Positions 8,968 through 16,469 of a stretch of DNA of 64,000 nt are shown one piece after another. Under the pieces are notes generated by a model, which worked only from the letters and a program-made list of their open reading frames with translations, was not told the origin of the DNA and made no database searches. Source of the DNA: a virus; the IMG/VR virus record IMGVR_UViG_3300021373_000005. One strand, 5' to 3'. The translations under genes and the position numbers were made by a program. Every line of letters starts with the position of its first letter. The first letter of the stretch is position 1.

Positions 8968-9129
8968 ATGGAATTTATATTATTAGCAATTATGCTAACT
9001 TCAGTGACCTACTGTATGGCAAGCTTGCTATTCATTAAGGAAGGAAGTAAAGGTATCACTAAACCTTACGTAACTAAAGACGGTAAGAAACATACCGCTC
9101 GGAAGTCTCGTATAGATTATATAGTGTAA
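8968..9129 (+). CDS. Small membrane protein (53 aa)
   Basis: Own translation MEFILLAIMLTSVTYCMASLLFIKEGSKG...IDYIV; starts 1 nt after the iscA stop. Confidence 0.55.
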   Translation: MEFILLAIMLTSVTYCMASLLFIKEGSKGITKPYVTKDGKKHTARKSRIDYIV

Positions 9130-9148
9130 AACAAAAAAGGAGAAAAAT

Positions 9149-9313
9149 ATGTTAGATTTTATTAAAGATAGATTAGTCGAAAGAACTTCATTAGACGGTG
9201 GTGTACTAATCGCAATATGCGGATCTATAATTTTATTCGGCGGTATTGTAAAACTTGCAGCTTGGGTTGGTCTAGGTTGGGGAGTATATACCTTACTTAA
9301 AGGCGAAAAATAA
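9149..9313 (+). CDS. Small two-TM membrane protein (54 aa)
   Basis: Own translation MLDFIKDRLVERTSLDGGVLIAICGSIILFGGIVKLAAWVGLGWGVYTLLKGEK; AAGGAG RBS. Confidence 0.7.
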   Translation: MLDFIKDRLVERTSLDGGVLIAICGSIILFGGIVKLAAWVGLGWGVYTLLKGEK

Positions 9314-9636
9314 TGGAAGAAGAATTAAAAGCAAGCGGACATCATCCTGCTGATACAAATGGAGACGGCAAAGTTTCCAAAGCCGAAGAGGCAATGTATT
9401 TAGAGTTTAAGAGAAAAGAACTCGAAGACCAGGATGCTATGAGAGATGCACAACGTAAGATGGCATGGTTCTCATTGTATGGAATGTTAGCATATCCTGT
9501 TTTAGTAATCGGATCCAATGTGGTCGGTTATGAAAAGGCAGCTGATATCTTGGGCGATATGGCAGGAGTATATTTTATTGCTGTTGCTGGTATTGTTGCT
9601 GCATTCTTTGGTGCGCAAGCTTGGACTAAAAAGTAA
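9313..9636 (+). CDS. Membrane protein with an N-terminal EF-hand-like loop and two TM helices
   Basis: DTNGDGKVSKAE fits the 12-residue EF-hand loop; two hydrophobic segments follow. Confidence 0.7.
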   Translation: MEEELKASGHHPADTNGDGKVSKAEEAMYLEFKRKELEDQDAMRDAQRKMAWFSLYGMLAYPVLVIGSNVVGYEKAADILGDMAGVYFIAVAGIVAAFFGAQAWTKK

Positions 9637-9639
9637 AGG

Positions 9640-9662
9640 AAGGGGCGCAATGCCCCTTTTTT
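9640..9662. terminator. Intrinsic terminator between convergent operons, likely bidirectional
   Basis: AAGGGGC-GCAAT-GCCCCTT followed by T tract. Confidence 0.8.
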
Positions 9663-9663
9663 A

Positions 9664-9927
9664 TTATTTCTCTACTGAATGTAGAGTTTCTATTTTGACG
9701 GTGTCATGATAATCACCATCGGAAAAATCTCTAATAGCGGTTTCTTTATATAAGTAACCATCTTTAACTTTATAAGAAACAACTTCTTTTCTAAATACAC
9801 CTTCCATTTTATCTAAAGATGTTTTGAAAGGCCCATCATTCAATGGCCCAAACGGTTTAGTTGCTTCATCAATAATCTTTTTCTTAAGAGGTGTTAATAC
9901 CTCAACGTTGTGTCCTTTATAATTCAT
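9664..9927 (-). CDS. Hypothetical protein
   Basis: 87 aa ORF in the minus-strand run. Confidence 0.65.
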   Translation of the reverse strand: MNYKGHNVEVLTPLKKKIIDEATKPFGPLNDGPFKTSLDKMEGVFRKEVVSYKVKDGYLYKETAIRDFSDGDYHDTVKIETLHSVEK

Positions 9928-9930
9928 AAT

Positions 9931-10665
9931 TTATTCCTCTTCAGGGGGTTGTTGGTCTGGGTGAGTACCCTCTAACCATTGTAATCTTTCTGGGTCGTCT
10001 TCAGGTTCAAATTCTCCATCAACTCCTTCCTCACCAGGTATTAGTGTTGATGTTGTTAATTTAAGTGAAGAATTACCGAGCTGATTTTCTTGCACTAAAT
10101 GAGCAGGAATGATAGATGTGTTTGCTTCAGAGGCAACAATTTCACCTCGCATATCTCCTTCTTTATCGCGTGCGAATCGAGCATTCCGAATCCATTCTGG
10201 ATTATTTTCTACTGTATCATTATAAACAGTTGCTATATGGTCGAAGAATGCAGTACCTGGTCCTAATGTTTGAAAATCCCAAGTTAAGTAATTTACTTCG
10301 TCCCAAAATGCTTCTCTTGCTACATGATATTCATCAGCATACATATATGATTTACTTCCCGCTTGGTTGCGACCAATTAATATCATTGTTCCAACGAAGT
10401 GAGTACCTTCTACAAATCCTGAAGACATTGTTAATGCATAACCATCTTCTGAACATACAAAAACAACTCCGCCTGCATCAGCTGAATTTAAATGAGATTG
10501 AAATTGTGTACGAATATATTCACGCTTTGCTTCATTGTCACCATCAGCGACAGGTGTGCCTTCCCAAGGATAGCTTCCATTATTTAAGTTATCAATACAA
10601 TCATCAAACATTCGGTTGAAGTCTGTATCGTTAATCTCTGTTATTAAATCAAATCTTATTGCCAT
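9931..10665 (-). CDS. Hypothetical acidic protein
   Basis: 244 aa ORF directly downstream of the adhesin-like gene. Confidence 0.7.
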   Translation of the reverse strand: MAIRFDLITEINDTDFNRMFDDCIDNLNNGSYPWEGTPVADGDNEAKREYIRTQFQSHLNSADAGGVVFVCSEDGYALTMSSGFVEGTHFVGTMILIGRNQAGSKSYMYADEYHVAREAFWDEVNYLTWDFQTLGPGTAFFDHIATVYNDTVENNPEWIRNARFARDKEGDMRGEIVASEANTSIIPAHLVQENQLGNSSLKLTTSTLIPGEEGVDGEFEPEDDPERLQWLEGTHPDQQPPEEE

Positions 10666-10680
10666 TATATAATCCTATAT

Positions 10681-11265
10681 CTATTGTGGAGTTTCTGGTG
10701 AAAGTACTGCTCCGTTTGAATAAGGTGCTGTACCAAAAACATAGCCGGATCCCCAAATCCAACTTGTCCTATTTTGGTTAAAGTCTCTGTTCCAACTTGC
10801 GTTCGCGGTGTATAAAGTATATGTACCATCGGTATATCGGTTAAACCAATTTCTTGGTAAAATACCTTGCATATAAATTACTTGAGAATAGTTTTGCTGA
10901 TTTTTAAATGTTGTCCAAACTCGATACATACCTTGTATTGTTGCTCCTCGGTAATTTGTCGGGTTGATTGAACCCATCGCAGGAATAATAGTTCCGTTTG
11001 AATAACCGTAGTTACGAATAAAGTTGGTACCGAAGTTAACTTGTCCACATACTAAATGCCAGCCTCTATGTGTATTATAGAAGTCTGCCATATCAATTGT
11101 TCCACTCGTAGGAACTGTTGTATTATGTCCTGAACCGTAACTATGAACTCTCGTCGCATTAACACCGCCTCTATAGTATTCGGCCATGTCAGGAGTACCA
11201 CTCGCACCAAACTGGTTACGAATGTCATTCATAGAAATTGTACCTGAACTTTGTAATCTACTCAA
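10681..11265 (-). CDS. Putative virion/tail-fibre adhesin-like protein
   Basis: N-terminal LQSSGTISMNDI..FG...EYYRGG...SGTI.MADFY anchor-like motif; Gly/Asn/aromatic-rich C-terminal domain. Confidence 0.55.
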   Translation of the reverse strand: MSRLQSSGTISMNDIRNQFGASGTPDMAEYYRGGVNATRVHSYGSGHNTTVPTSGTIDMADFYNTHRGWHLVCGQVNFGTNFIRNYGYSNGTIIPAMGSINPTNYRGATIQGMYRVWTTFKNQQNYSQVIYMQGILPRNWFNRYTDGTYTLYTANASWNRDFNQNRTSWIWGSGYVFGTAPYSNGAVLSPETPQ

Positions 11266-11292
11266 TTGAATATACCTCTTTAGATATATTTA

Positions 11293-11505
11293 TTAATCAA
11301 CGAGCAATTGGATTATTCCATTTTCCCAATTTTCTACAACGTCTCTTGCGTAAGATTCACTTTTACCAGGAAGCTTCCTTGATTCTACTACTTGACCATT
11401 TTCCAATAAGTCCACAATATACATCGTATCTGGGCCATTTGAGCCTGATTCATTATTACCGGTTACGGCTTCCTTACGAATATGTGCTTGTCGAGTTCTA
11501 CTCAC
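11293..11505 (-). CDS. Hypothetical protein
   Basis: 70 aa ORF, GTG start. Confidence 0.6.
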   Translation of the reverse strand: MSRTRQAHIRKEAVTGNNESGSNGPDTMYIVDLLENGQVVESRKLPGKSESYARDVVENWENGIIQLLVD

Positions 11506-11680
11506 TTTCTTTCTCCAATTCAGATTTTAAAACAGGTACACCATGATGTGTATACCCTATTACTTCATCTTTTTCAAATAAACTATATAAGCCTATTCCT
11601 ATAATTACAACCCATAGAATAACTCCACTCCATATTAGAAGCTTTGTTGATTCATATGCTAATTTATCCAAAAACGACAT
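11498..11680 (-). CDS. Small membrane protein
   Basis: Likely start MSFLDKL at 11680; single TM (LLIWSGVILWVVIIGIGLY). Confidence 0.55.
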   Translation of the reverse strand: MSFLDKLAYESTKLLIWSGVILWVVIIGIGLYSLFEKDEVIGYTHHGVPVLKSELEKESE

Positions 11681-11879
11681 TTGCCTTTCCAAGTTTATTA
11701 CGTCTTTCCAATTCAATTTTGATTTTTCTTTTATCTCTTTTCTTTGTACTCGAAGCATTATACTTTTCTATTAAAGCCCCATTGGAATATGCTTTGATAT
11801 AATCATGAGTATATTCAAATGAAGGCCTTGAGGCTCCTCTTACAATCTTTCTTGCGCTTCGTCCTAATTTAACTGGCAT
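11664..11879 (-). CDS. Hypothetical basic protein
   Basis: 71 aa Lys/Arg-rich ORF in the operon chain. Confidence 0.55.
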   Translation of the reverse strand: MPVKLGRSARKIVRGASRPSFEYTHDYIKAYSNGALIEKYNASSTKKRDKRKIKIELERRNKLGKANVVFG

Positions 11880-12162
11880 CTATTCTCCTTACTGCTTCAA
11901 TAATCCTATCCGCACATGGATCATTGAGATAACCATAAATTCCTGGGTCAGCCTGTTTATAGTCATCTAATATTTTTAATACTTCTTCGTAGGGCGGATC
12001 CTCGAAGTCTCCATCTTTGTTCATTATCGCAAGCTCCCAAAGTCCTTTCTTATAACCATAAGAACCTGGAAATTTAACTAATGAAATTATATATCCATTC
12101 TCAAAGTTAAATTCTTTACGTACACCACCATACCAAGATTGTGATTTAGGCCACTTCGCCAT
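11869..12162 (-). CDS. Hypothetical phage protein
   Basis: FENGY.ISLV...GSYGY..GLWELAI pattern resembles a common phage family. Confidence 0.65.
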   Translation of the reverse strand: MAKWPKSQSWYGGVRKEFNFENGYIISLVKFPGSYGYKKGLWELAIMNKDGDFEDPPYEEVLKILDDYKQADPGIYGYLNDPCADRIIEAVRRIDAS

Positions 12163-12439
12163 TTGTTGCTCCTGAAGGATAACCTTCCTCCCATGATATA
12201 ACTGTATTTAACCTAAAGGATCTCCACGCTTCTTTATCAATTGCCCATGCGGCAACATGATCTGAATCTGCGTTGAAATCTTTAATGATTGTTTTTACAG
12301 AATGTTCTTCAAGTACATCTGGGTTCAATGTACATGGCATAATACGAATCTCTTCAGTATTAATCTTTTTAAATACAACCGTCACAACGCCTTTCTTTAA
12401 AGCGTTAATCAAATTTTGTGTTTCTGTTCTTTCCATCAT
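12146..12439 (-). CDS. WYL_2/SH3-like (DUF2693-like) protein
   Basis: VTVVFKK...R.MPCTL...WAIDKEAWRSFRL. Confidence 0.65.
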   Translation of the reverse strand: MMERTETQNLINALKKGVVTVVFKKINTEEIRIMPCTLNPDVLEEHSVKTIIKDFNADSDHVAAWAIDKEAWRSFRLNTVISWEEGYPSGATNGEVA

Positions 12440-12449
12440 ATACTCCTGT

Positions 12450-12524
12450 TGGCGCCCTCGAAAGGAATCGAACCTCTAGTTGTCGGTTCGTAGCCGACTG
12501 TTTTATCCGTTAAACTACGAGGGC
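12450..12524 (-). tRNA. tRNA-Arg (ACG), CCA encoded
   Basis: GCCCTCG acceptor stem, GTCGG-CTACGAA-CCGAC anticodon arm, GGTTCGATTCC T arm. Confidence 0.92.
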
Positions 12525-12809
12525 TCATAATAAATTAGACCACCACTGCATCCACCATTGACCGTGATCTCTTACGATACCAATAGCCAATATAGCAAAA
12601 GCAGCTCCATTCAAAAGAATAAGTGCTCGGTCTTCCCAAAGCAAACTTACCCATAACCATAGGCCTATTCCAAAAAAGCTAAAATATAAATCAAGCAAAT
12701 GGAACTCTGCTCCTGCTGACCTAAAAATAATTGCTGATAGTACTAAAACGGATGCTACCCATTTTACATACCAATCAATTTTTCTTTCACCTTTTTCAGA
12801 ACGAATCAT
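12525..12809 (-). CDS. Multi-pass membrane protein
   Basis: Three hydrophobic segments; stop codon abuts the tRNA-Arg 5' end. Confidence 0.7.
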   Translation of the reverse strand: MIRSEKGERKIDWYVKWVASVLVLSAIIFRSAGAEFHLLDLYFSFFGIGLWLWVSLLWEDRALILLNGAAFAILAIGIVRDHGQWWMQWWSNLL

Positions 12810-12976
12810 TAACCTATGTCAACCTCTTCAATAATATTTTCTGTTGGCATATCAATAATATATCCATCAAGTCTACGGACGTATGTTCGTCCGCCTTCTA
12901 CTTTTTCAATTGTTCCAGCAACTTCGAGTGTTTGTTCTTCATGCAACTCGTGTGCATATGTTATTTTCTTTTTCAT
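12809..12976 (-). CDS. Hypothetical protein
   Basis: Likely start MKKKIT at 12976 (ATGA overlap with the HAD gene stop). Confidence 0.55.
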   Translation of the reverse strand: MKKKITYAHELHEEQTLEVAGTIEKVEGGRTYVRRLDGYIIDMPTENIIEEVDIG

Positions 12977-13680
12977 AATTCTTTTAACCTCTCCCAGGTG
13001 TCTTGCCAAGATTCAACAGGATAGTTCCATCCCATCTTACCTAAGTCAATTACTAATGCAAGTGGATAATCATTTCCACCATAAGCCATTCTATCTCCGA
13101 AGAAATGAATAAACTCATATTCTTTATTTAGGATTTTAGCCACTTGTGACTTATCATTACCTCTAGGAATAATATCAATACTTATCTGTCCACCGATACT
13201 TGCGTGTACTGCTGGATATAGACGATTAATATCTTCTACGATTTGATGTCTTTCCTTATTCTTTGAATCCCAATCATAATATTGTTGTCTTTGTTGTTCA
13301 TTTGCATTACGACCAACAACAGAGAAATTAATCATACCTGTTCTAATCTCTAAATGATCTCCTGCCTTAATTGGATATTTGCTTCTATGAACAAATTGAG
13401 TTAAGTAATGTTTAAATTCATAATCAGGAGTATAGTCATTTTTACTAACACGCCTATTCTTCTCCCAATACTCGTTTCCATTGCAGTGCCAGACTCCCTT
13501 GACAGACTCGTATAAATTTGGACCTATTTGTTCAAAGGTCTTTTGTCTGTCGGATCCAGTGACGAAATAGACGTCATTGTTTTTCGCAAATTCAATCATA
13601 TAGGATTCAAATTCAGAGTCAATAGGTTTCCGTGAATCTGTCAATGTTCCGTCTATGTCAAATACAAATACTTCTTTCAT
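12973..13680 (-). CDS. HAD-superfamily hydrolase, eukaryote-type phosphomannomutase-like
   Basis: FDIDGTLT, VTGSD, RTGMINFS.VGR, GGQISIDI, FFGDR...GGNDY. Confidence 0.85.
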   Translation of the reverse strand: MKEVFVFDIDGTLTDSRKPIDSEFESYMIEFAKNNDVYFVTGSDRQKTFEQIGPNLYESVKGVWHCNGNEYWEKNRRVSKNDYTPDYEFKHYLTQFVHRSKYPIKAGDHLEIRTGMINFSVVGRNANEQQRQQYYDWDSKNKERHQIVEDINRLYPAVHASIGGQISIDIIPRGNDKSQVAKILNKEYEFIHFFGDRMAYGGNDYPLALVIDLGKMGWNYPVESWQDTWERLKEL

Positions 13681-13691
13681 AATATTCCAAA

Positions 13692-13767
13692 TGGTGCCGG
13701 CTGAGAGAATCGAACTCCCGACCTACTGATTACAAATCAGTTGCTCTACCTGCTGAGCTAAGCCGGC
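13692..13767 (-). tRNA. tRNA-Thr (TGT), CCA encoded
   Basis: GCCGGCT acceptor stem, ACTGA-TTTGTAA-TCAGT anticodon arm, GTTCGATTC T loop. Confidence 0.93.
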
Positions 13768-13928
13768 AACTGTGCTTCAACTAATTCAAAGACCTTTTCT
13801 TTTTTGTACCAAAGACCACTATACATGGATTGACGTCCGTCTCCCCAATCAACGATATATCTTTTATACCCAAATGGTCTTTCGGAGAATATTCTAACAT
13901 CTCCATAATTCTTTTCTAACAATCTCAT
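13758..13928 (-). CDS. Hypothetical protein (56 aa) whose last codons overlap tRNA-Thr
   Basis: Own translation MRLLEKNYGDVRIFSERPFGYKRYIVDWGDGRQSMYSGLWYKKEKVFELVEAQLPA; ATGA coupling to the upstream ORF. Confidence 0.55.
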   Translation of the reverse strand: MRLLEKNYGDVRIFSERPFGYKRYIVDWGDGRQSMYSGLWYKKEKVFELVEAQLPA

Positions 13929-14137
13929 AAGTAGTTTTCAATGACAGGCTTTGGCATTTTATTAAATACGTAGTCAGCGTAATCATTATACATTTTCATA
14001 AGCAGATCGTTTTCCTGAGCTGCTGCCTGTATCTTTTGTCGAGCATTCCTTCCTTTTGTCCAAACTGAATGGTCGTCTGAGTATTCATAATACCAATCAT
14101 GACTTTGCAGTTCTTTAAAGTATTCTGTTAAGCTCAT
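13925..14137 (-). CDS. Hypothetical protein
   Basis: L.SHDWYYEYSDDHSVW..G pattern; AAGGA RBS. Confidence 0.65.
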   Translation of the reverse strand: MSLTEYFKELQSHDWYYEYSDDHSVWTKGRNARQKIQAAAQENDLLMKMYNDYADYVFNKMPKPVIENYL

Positions 14138-14258
14138 TGTTTATTCCTTTATGTTTTGTATAACCACGGCTTGCTGCCTTCTTACGATCTTTGTGCGTAG
14201 CAGGCTTATTGAACTTATTACAGTTCTTCGCTACTGGATTTGATTTGTTCCTTTCCAT
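14115..14258 (-). CDS. Small basic hypothetical protein
   Basis: NPVAKN..KFNKP.THKDRKK; likely start at 14258. Confidence 0.5.
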   Translation of the reverse strand: MERNKSNPVAKNCNKFNKPATHKDRKKAASRGYTKHKGINNELNRIL

Positions 14259-14403
14259 TTTTTCTAAACCTTTTGTTATAACCTTTCTTAATACTTTTAG
14301 TAACACCTGACTTAGTCAAGTATACATACCACTTACGTGCAGATGTTAATGCATCCTCTTCAGCACCGCCTTTGAGTGGTATTCTTTCTTTCTTCTTAGA
14401 CAT
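14218..14403 (-). CDS. Small basic hypothetical protein
   Basis: 61 aa; preceded by a late promoter at 14408-14415. Confidence 0.6.
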   Translation of the reverse strand: MSKKKERIPLKGGAEEDALTSARKWYVYLTKSGVTKSIKKGYNKRFRKNGKEQIKSSSEEL

Positions 14404-14407
14404 TACC

Positions 14408-14415
14408 TATTTATA
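14408..14415 (-). promoter_or_regulatory. T4-type late promoter TATAAATA
   Basis: Exact match on the minus strand. Confidence 0.5.
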
Positions 14416-14429
14416 CCCCTCTTTGTATT

Positions 14430-14506
14430 TGGCGCGCCCACCAGGACTCGAACCTGGAACCTACAGCTTAGAAGGCTGTTGCACTATCCAGTTGTGCTAT
14501 GAGCGC
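14430..14506 (-). tRNA. tRNA-Arg (TCT), CCA encoded
   Basis: GCGCTCA acceptor stem, ACAGC-CTTCTAA-GCTGT anticodon arm, GGTTCGAGTCC T arm. Confidence 0.93.
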
Positions 14507-14517
14507 ATTTCCAAATA

Positions 14518-14943
14518 CTAACTCTGTTCAAACTCATTCATAAATCCAATCATGAGTTTCTTCTGTAACCTTCGAGCCTCTTTTTCCCAAGGCTGTTCCC
14601 AATACGCAGTTTCGGTGTGGTCCTTACCTTTCCAATACTGTAAATTTTCTGTAAGCTCCTTACGAGCAAACTGTTTCACATGAACTAATTCATGAGCTAA
14701 TGTCGACATCCAATTCCCATACAATGCGACATCAATAATAAAATTTCTCGGATCCACCGACTCGCAAAGTCCTTCACTGTGGGAGTTGTCTACAAAGAGC
14801 TTGTGATGGAACTTAATATGAATGTTGGTACGGAGTCGATTTATACCAAGTTCTTTTGTAAAGAACCTGACTGCCATCAAAGCCTGTGCCTTTAAATTCA
14901 TATCTAACTGTCCGTCGCGAGGACCCGAGAAATAAACTTGCAT
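14518..14943 (-). CDS. HExxH zinc metallopeptidase-like protein
   Basis: TLAHELVHVKQF and PWEKEA motifs. Confidence 0.7.
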   Translation of the reverse strand: MQVYFSGPRDGQLDMNLKAQALMAVRFFTKELGINRLRTNIHIKFHHKLFVDNSHSEGLCESVDPRNFIIDVALYGNWMSTLAHELVHVKQFARKELTENLQYWKGKDHTETAYWEQPWEKEARRLQKKLMIGFMNEFEQS

Positions 14944-14946
14944 ATT

Positions 14947-15099
14947 TTATAATCCAAAAATTAAAAATAATATTAATAGAGAGAACAGCAAAAATGTGTT
15001 TTCCCAAACTGTTTCCGCAAGCCATAAACAAATCTTAATGACTGCGAAGAAACAAATGGCTACTACGAGAGCAGCCGCAAAAAACCAGATTAGTTCCAC
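14947..15099 (-). CDS. Small membrane protein (50 aa, GTG start)
   Basis: Own translation MELIWFFAAALVVAICFFAVIKICLWLAETVWENTFLLFSLLILFLIFGL; fills the gap in the operon. Confidence 0.4.
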   Translation of the reverse strand: MELIWFFAAALVVAICFFAVIKICLWLAETVWENTFLLFSLLILFLIFGL

Positions 15100-15329
15100 T
15101 CTTGGTCGAACCCTCCTTCATTATACGTTGGAGTCAATCCTAGCTCAATGGCTGGGTCAAACTTGTCGTCAGAATATAACGCAAAGTCTTTCATTTTCGC
15201 AAGCTTAGCAGCAGCACGTTCGTTCTTAGCGTTTTCTCGTGCTTCAGCAGTTGCCATTTCCTTTTCGTACTTTACCTTTTCCTTTTCTAGGAATTTCTTA
15301 ATCTGTTCAAATGTCATTGACTTACTCAT
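15090..15329 (-). CDS. Hypothetical protein
   Basis: 79 aa ORF with GGAGG RBS. Confidence 0.65.
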   Translation of the reverse strand: MSKSMTFEQIKKFLEKEKVKYEKEMATAEARENAKNERAAAKLAKMKDFALYSDDKFDPAIELGLTPTYNEGGFDQEWN

Positions 15330-15658
15330 TACGCAACCTCCATTTCATTTTCAAAGTATTCATTGATGTAAGCAGATACAATCCCTGCATTACCACCAAT
15401 GTGCCAATTGTAAGACTCAGACGACATGGCAAAATAACCACCGTCATAATCTTTCCAATTATAAATGGTAATAGGATAGACTTGACCGTCTTCCTCTATG
15501 ATTTTAAGTTCCCACTCAATGTCGACTTTACCGTCACCGGAAGTTTCAGTACATTGTGGATGACCAAAGACCTTGACTAGGTCTGCGTAAGATGCCTCAA
15601 TATAACCTTGAAGCGAGGTGGACACGAATGTTGTCCTTGGTTTGATTTCATAATTCAT
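15329..15658 (-). CDS. Hypothetical early protein
   Basis: TSLQGYIEASY..LV..FG.P...DGKV..EW pattern; directly behind an early promoter. Confidence 0.7.
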   Translation of the reverse strand: MNYEIKPRTTFVSTSLQGYIEASYADLVKVFGHPQCTETSGDGKVDIEWELKIIEEDGQVYPITIYNWKDYDGGYFAMSSESYNWHIGGNAGIVSAYINEYFENEMEVA

Positions 15659-15691
15659 AACAACTCCCATTGTTTTCAAATTTCAGATTAT

Positions 15692-15720
15692 ATTATACTC
15701 TATTTGGGCTATCTTGTCAA
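15692..15720 (-). promoter_or_regulatory. Sigma70-type early promoter
   Basis: CTATTGACA-17 nt-TATAAT with an upstream TTTTTTCA tract. Confidence 0.8.
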
Positions 15721-15779
15721 TAGCTAATCTGAAAAAAGTTCTATAATTTTTAGGAATATCCATAGAACTTTTAGTTATA

Positions 15780-15965
15780 TCAGACACCATGCGTCATATG
15801 TTCGTATGCATCAGGACACGTATTGATGTCTTCTCCGCAACCACAGGTATTATCCTCGTCAATATCTGGAGCTCCAACCAGAGACCTTATTTGTGCCTCT
15901 GTATACCTTTGTTCTCCATTTCTGATTGACTGTTCAGCTAACAATTTAATATATTCGTTTTTCAT
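15780..15965 (-). CDS. Hypothetical protein
   Basis: 61 aa, AAGGAG RBS, CGCG...CP motif. Confidence 0.65.
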   Translation of the reverse strand: MKNEYIKLLAEQSIRNGEQRYTEAQIRSLVGAPDIDEDNTCGCGEDINTCPDAYEHMTHGV

Positions 15966-15974
15966 AATAACTCC

Positions 15975-16172
15975 TTATTGTGGACCATCAGGCAAGGCGT
16001 CGAACCTTTCCTCGGTAATCCTAATTAATATTTCATCTCTATCATCATCGGCATGTAAACCAGTCTCGATAACAATATCTCTTATTTCGGACTCTAAAAG
16101 TCCTTTCTCGTCTGCATCAAGAACGTCCTGGTGGATGTTCTCAAGCATCATATCATTTTGTAAACAACTCAT
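15975..16172 (-). CDS. Hypothetical acidic protein
   Basis: 65 aa, AAGGAG RBS, behind an early promoter. Confidence 0.65.
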   Translation of the reverse strand: MSCLQNDMMLENIHQDVLDADEKGLLESEIRDIVIETGLHADDDRDEILIRITEERFDALPDGPQ

Positions 16173-16205
16173 AATTTAACTCCTTTTCCGATTTGTTATA
16201 CTACC

Positions 16206-16234
16206 ATAATAAACTATCTCACAATGAATGTCAA
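16206..16234 (-). promoter_or_regulatory. Sigma70-type early promoter
   Basis: CTATTGACA-17 nt-TATTAT with an upstream TTTTTTCA tract. Confidence 0.7.
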
Positions 16235-16308
16235 TAGCAAATATGAAAAAATTTGATTTTTTTCTCCTTATACAATATATAGATACCAGACGATAGTAAA
16301 ATTAACTA

Positions 16309-16337
16309 TTGACATTCACAATGAAACCTGTTAGAAT
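16309..16337 (+). promoter_or_regulatory. Sigma70-type early promoter
   Basis: AACTATTGACA-17 nt-TAGAAT. Confidence 0.75.
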
Positions 16338-16349
16338 GGTATCATAATG

Positions 16350-16410
16350 AATTGCTCGAGAGGGTGGTAAGGCGCGAACTCGTAGAGAAGGTGCAGCCCT
16401 GAAAGCAATT
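16350..16410 (+). ncRNA. Candidate structured RNA between tandem promoters
   Basis: GC-rich island (32 of 61 nt) with nested stems AATTGCT/AGCAATT, AGGGT/GCCCT, GCGC/GTGC. Confidence 0.4.
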
Positions 16411-16415
16411 AACTA

Positions 16416-16444
16416 TTGACATTGACCTTCAACTGTGGTATAAT
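16416..16444 (+). promoter_or_regulatory. Sigma70-type early promoter for topoisomerase
   Basis: AACTATTGACA-17 nt-TATAAT. Confidence 0.8.
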
Positions 16445-16469
16445 GGCAATTGATGATGGAGACAATATA

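Noticed and set aside
16347-16370. Leader peptide MNCSRGW in the structured leader
   Set aside because: Seven codons, no RBS and no telling codon run; cannot be supported from sequence alone
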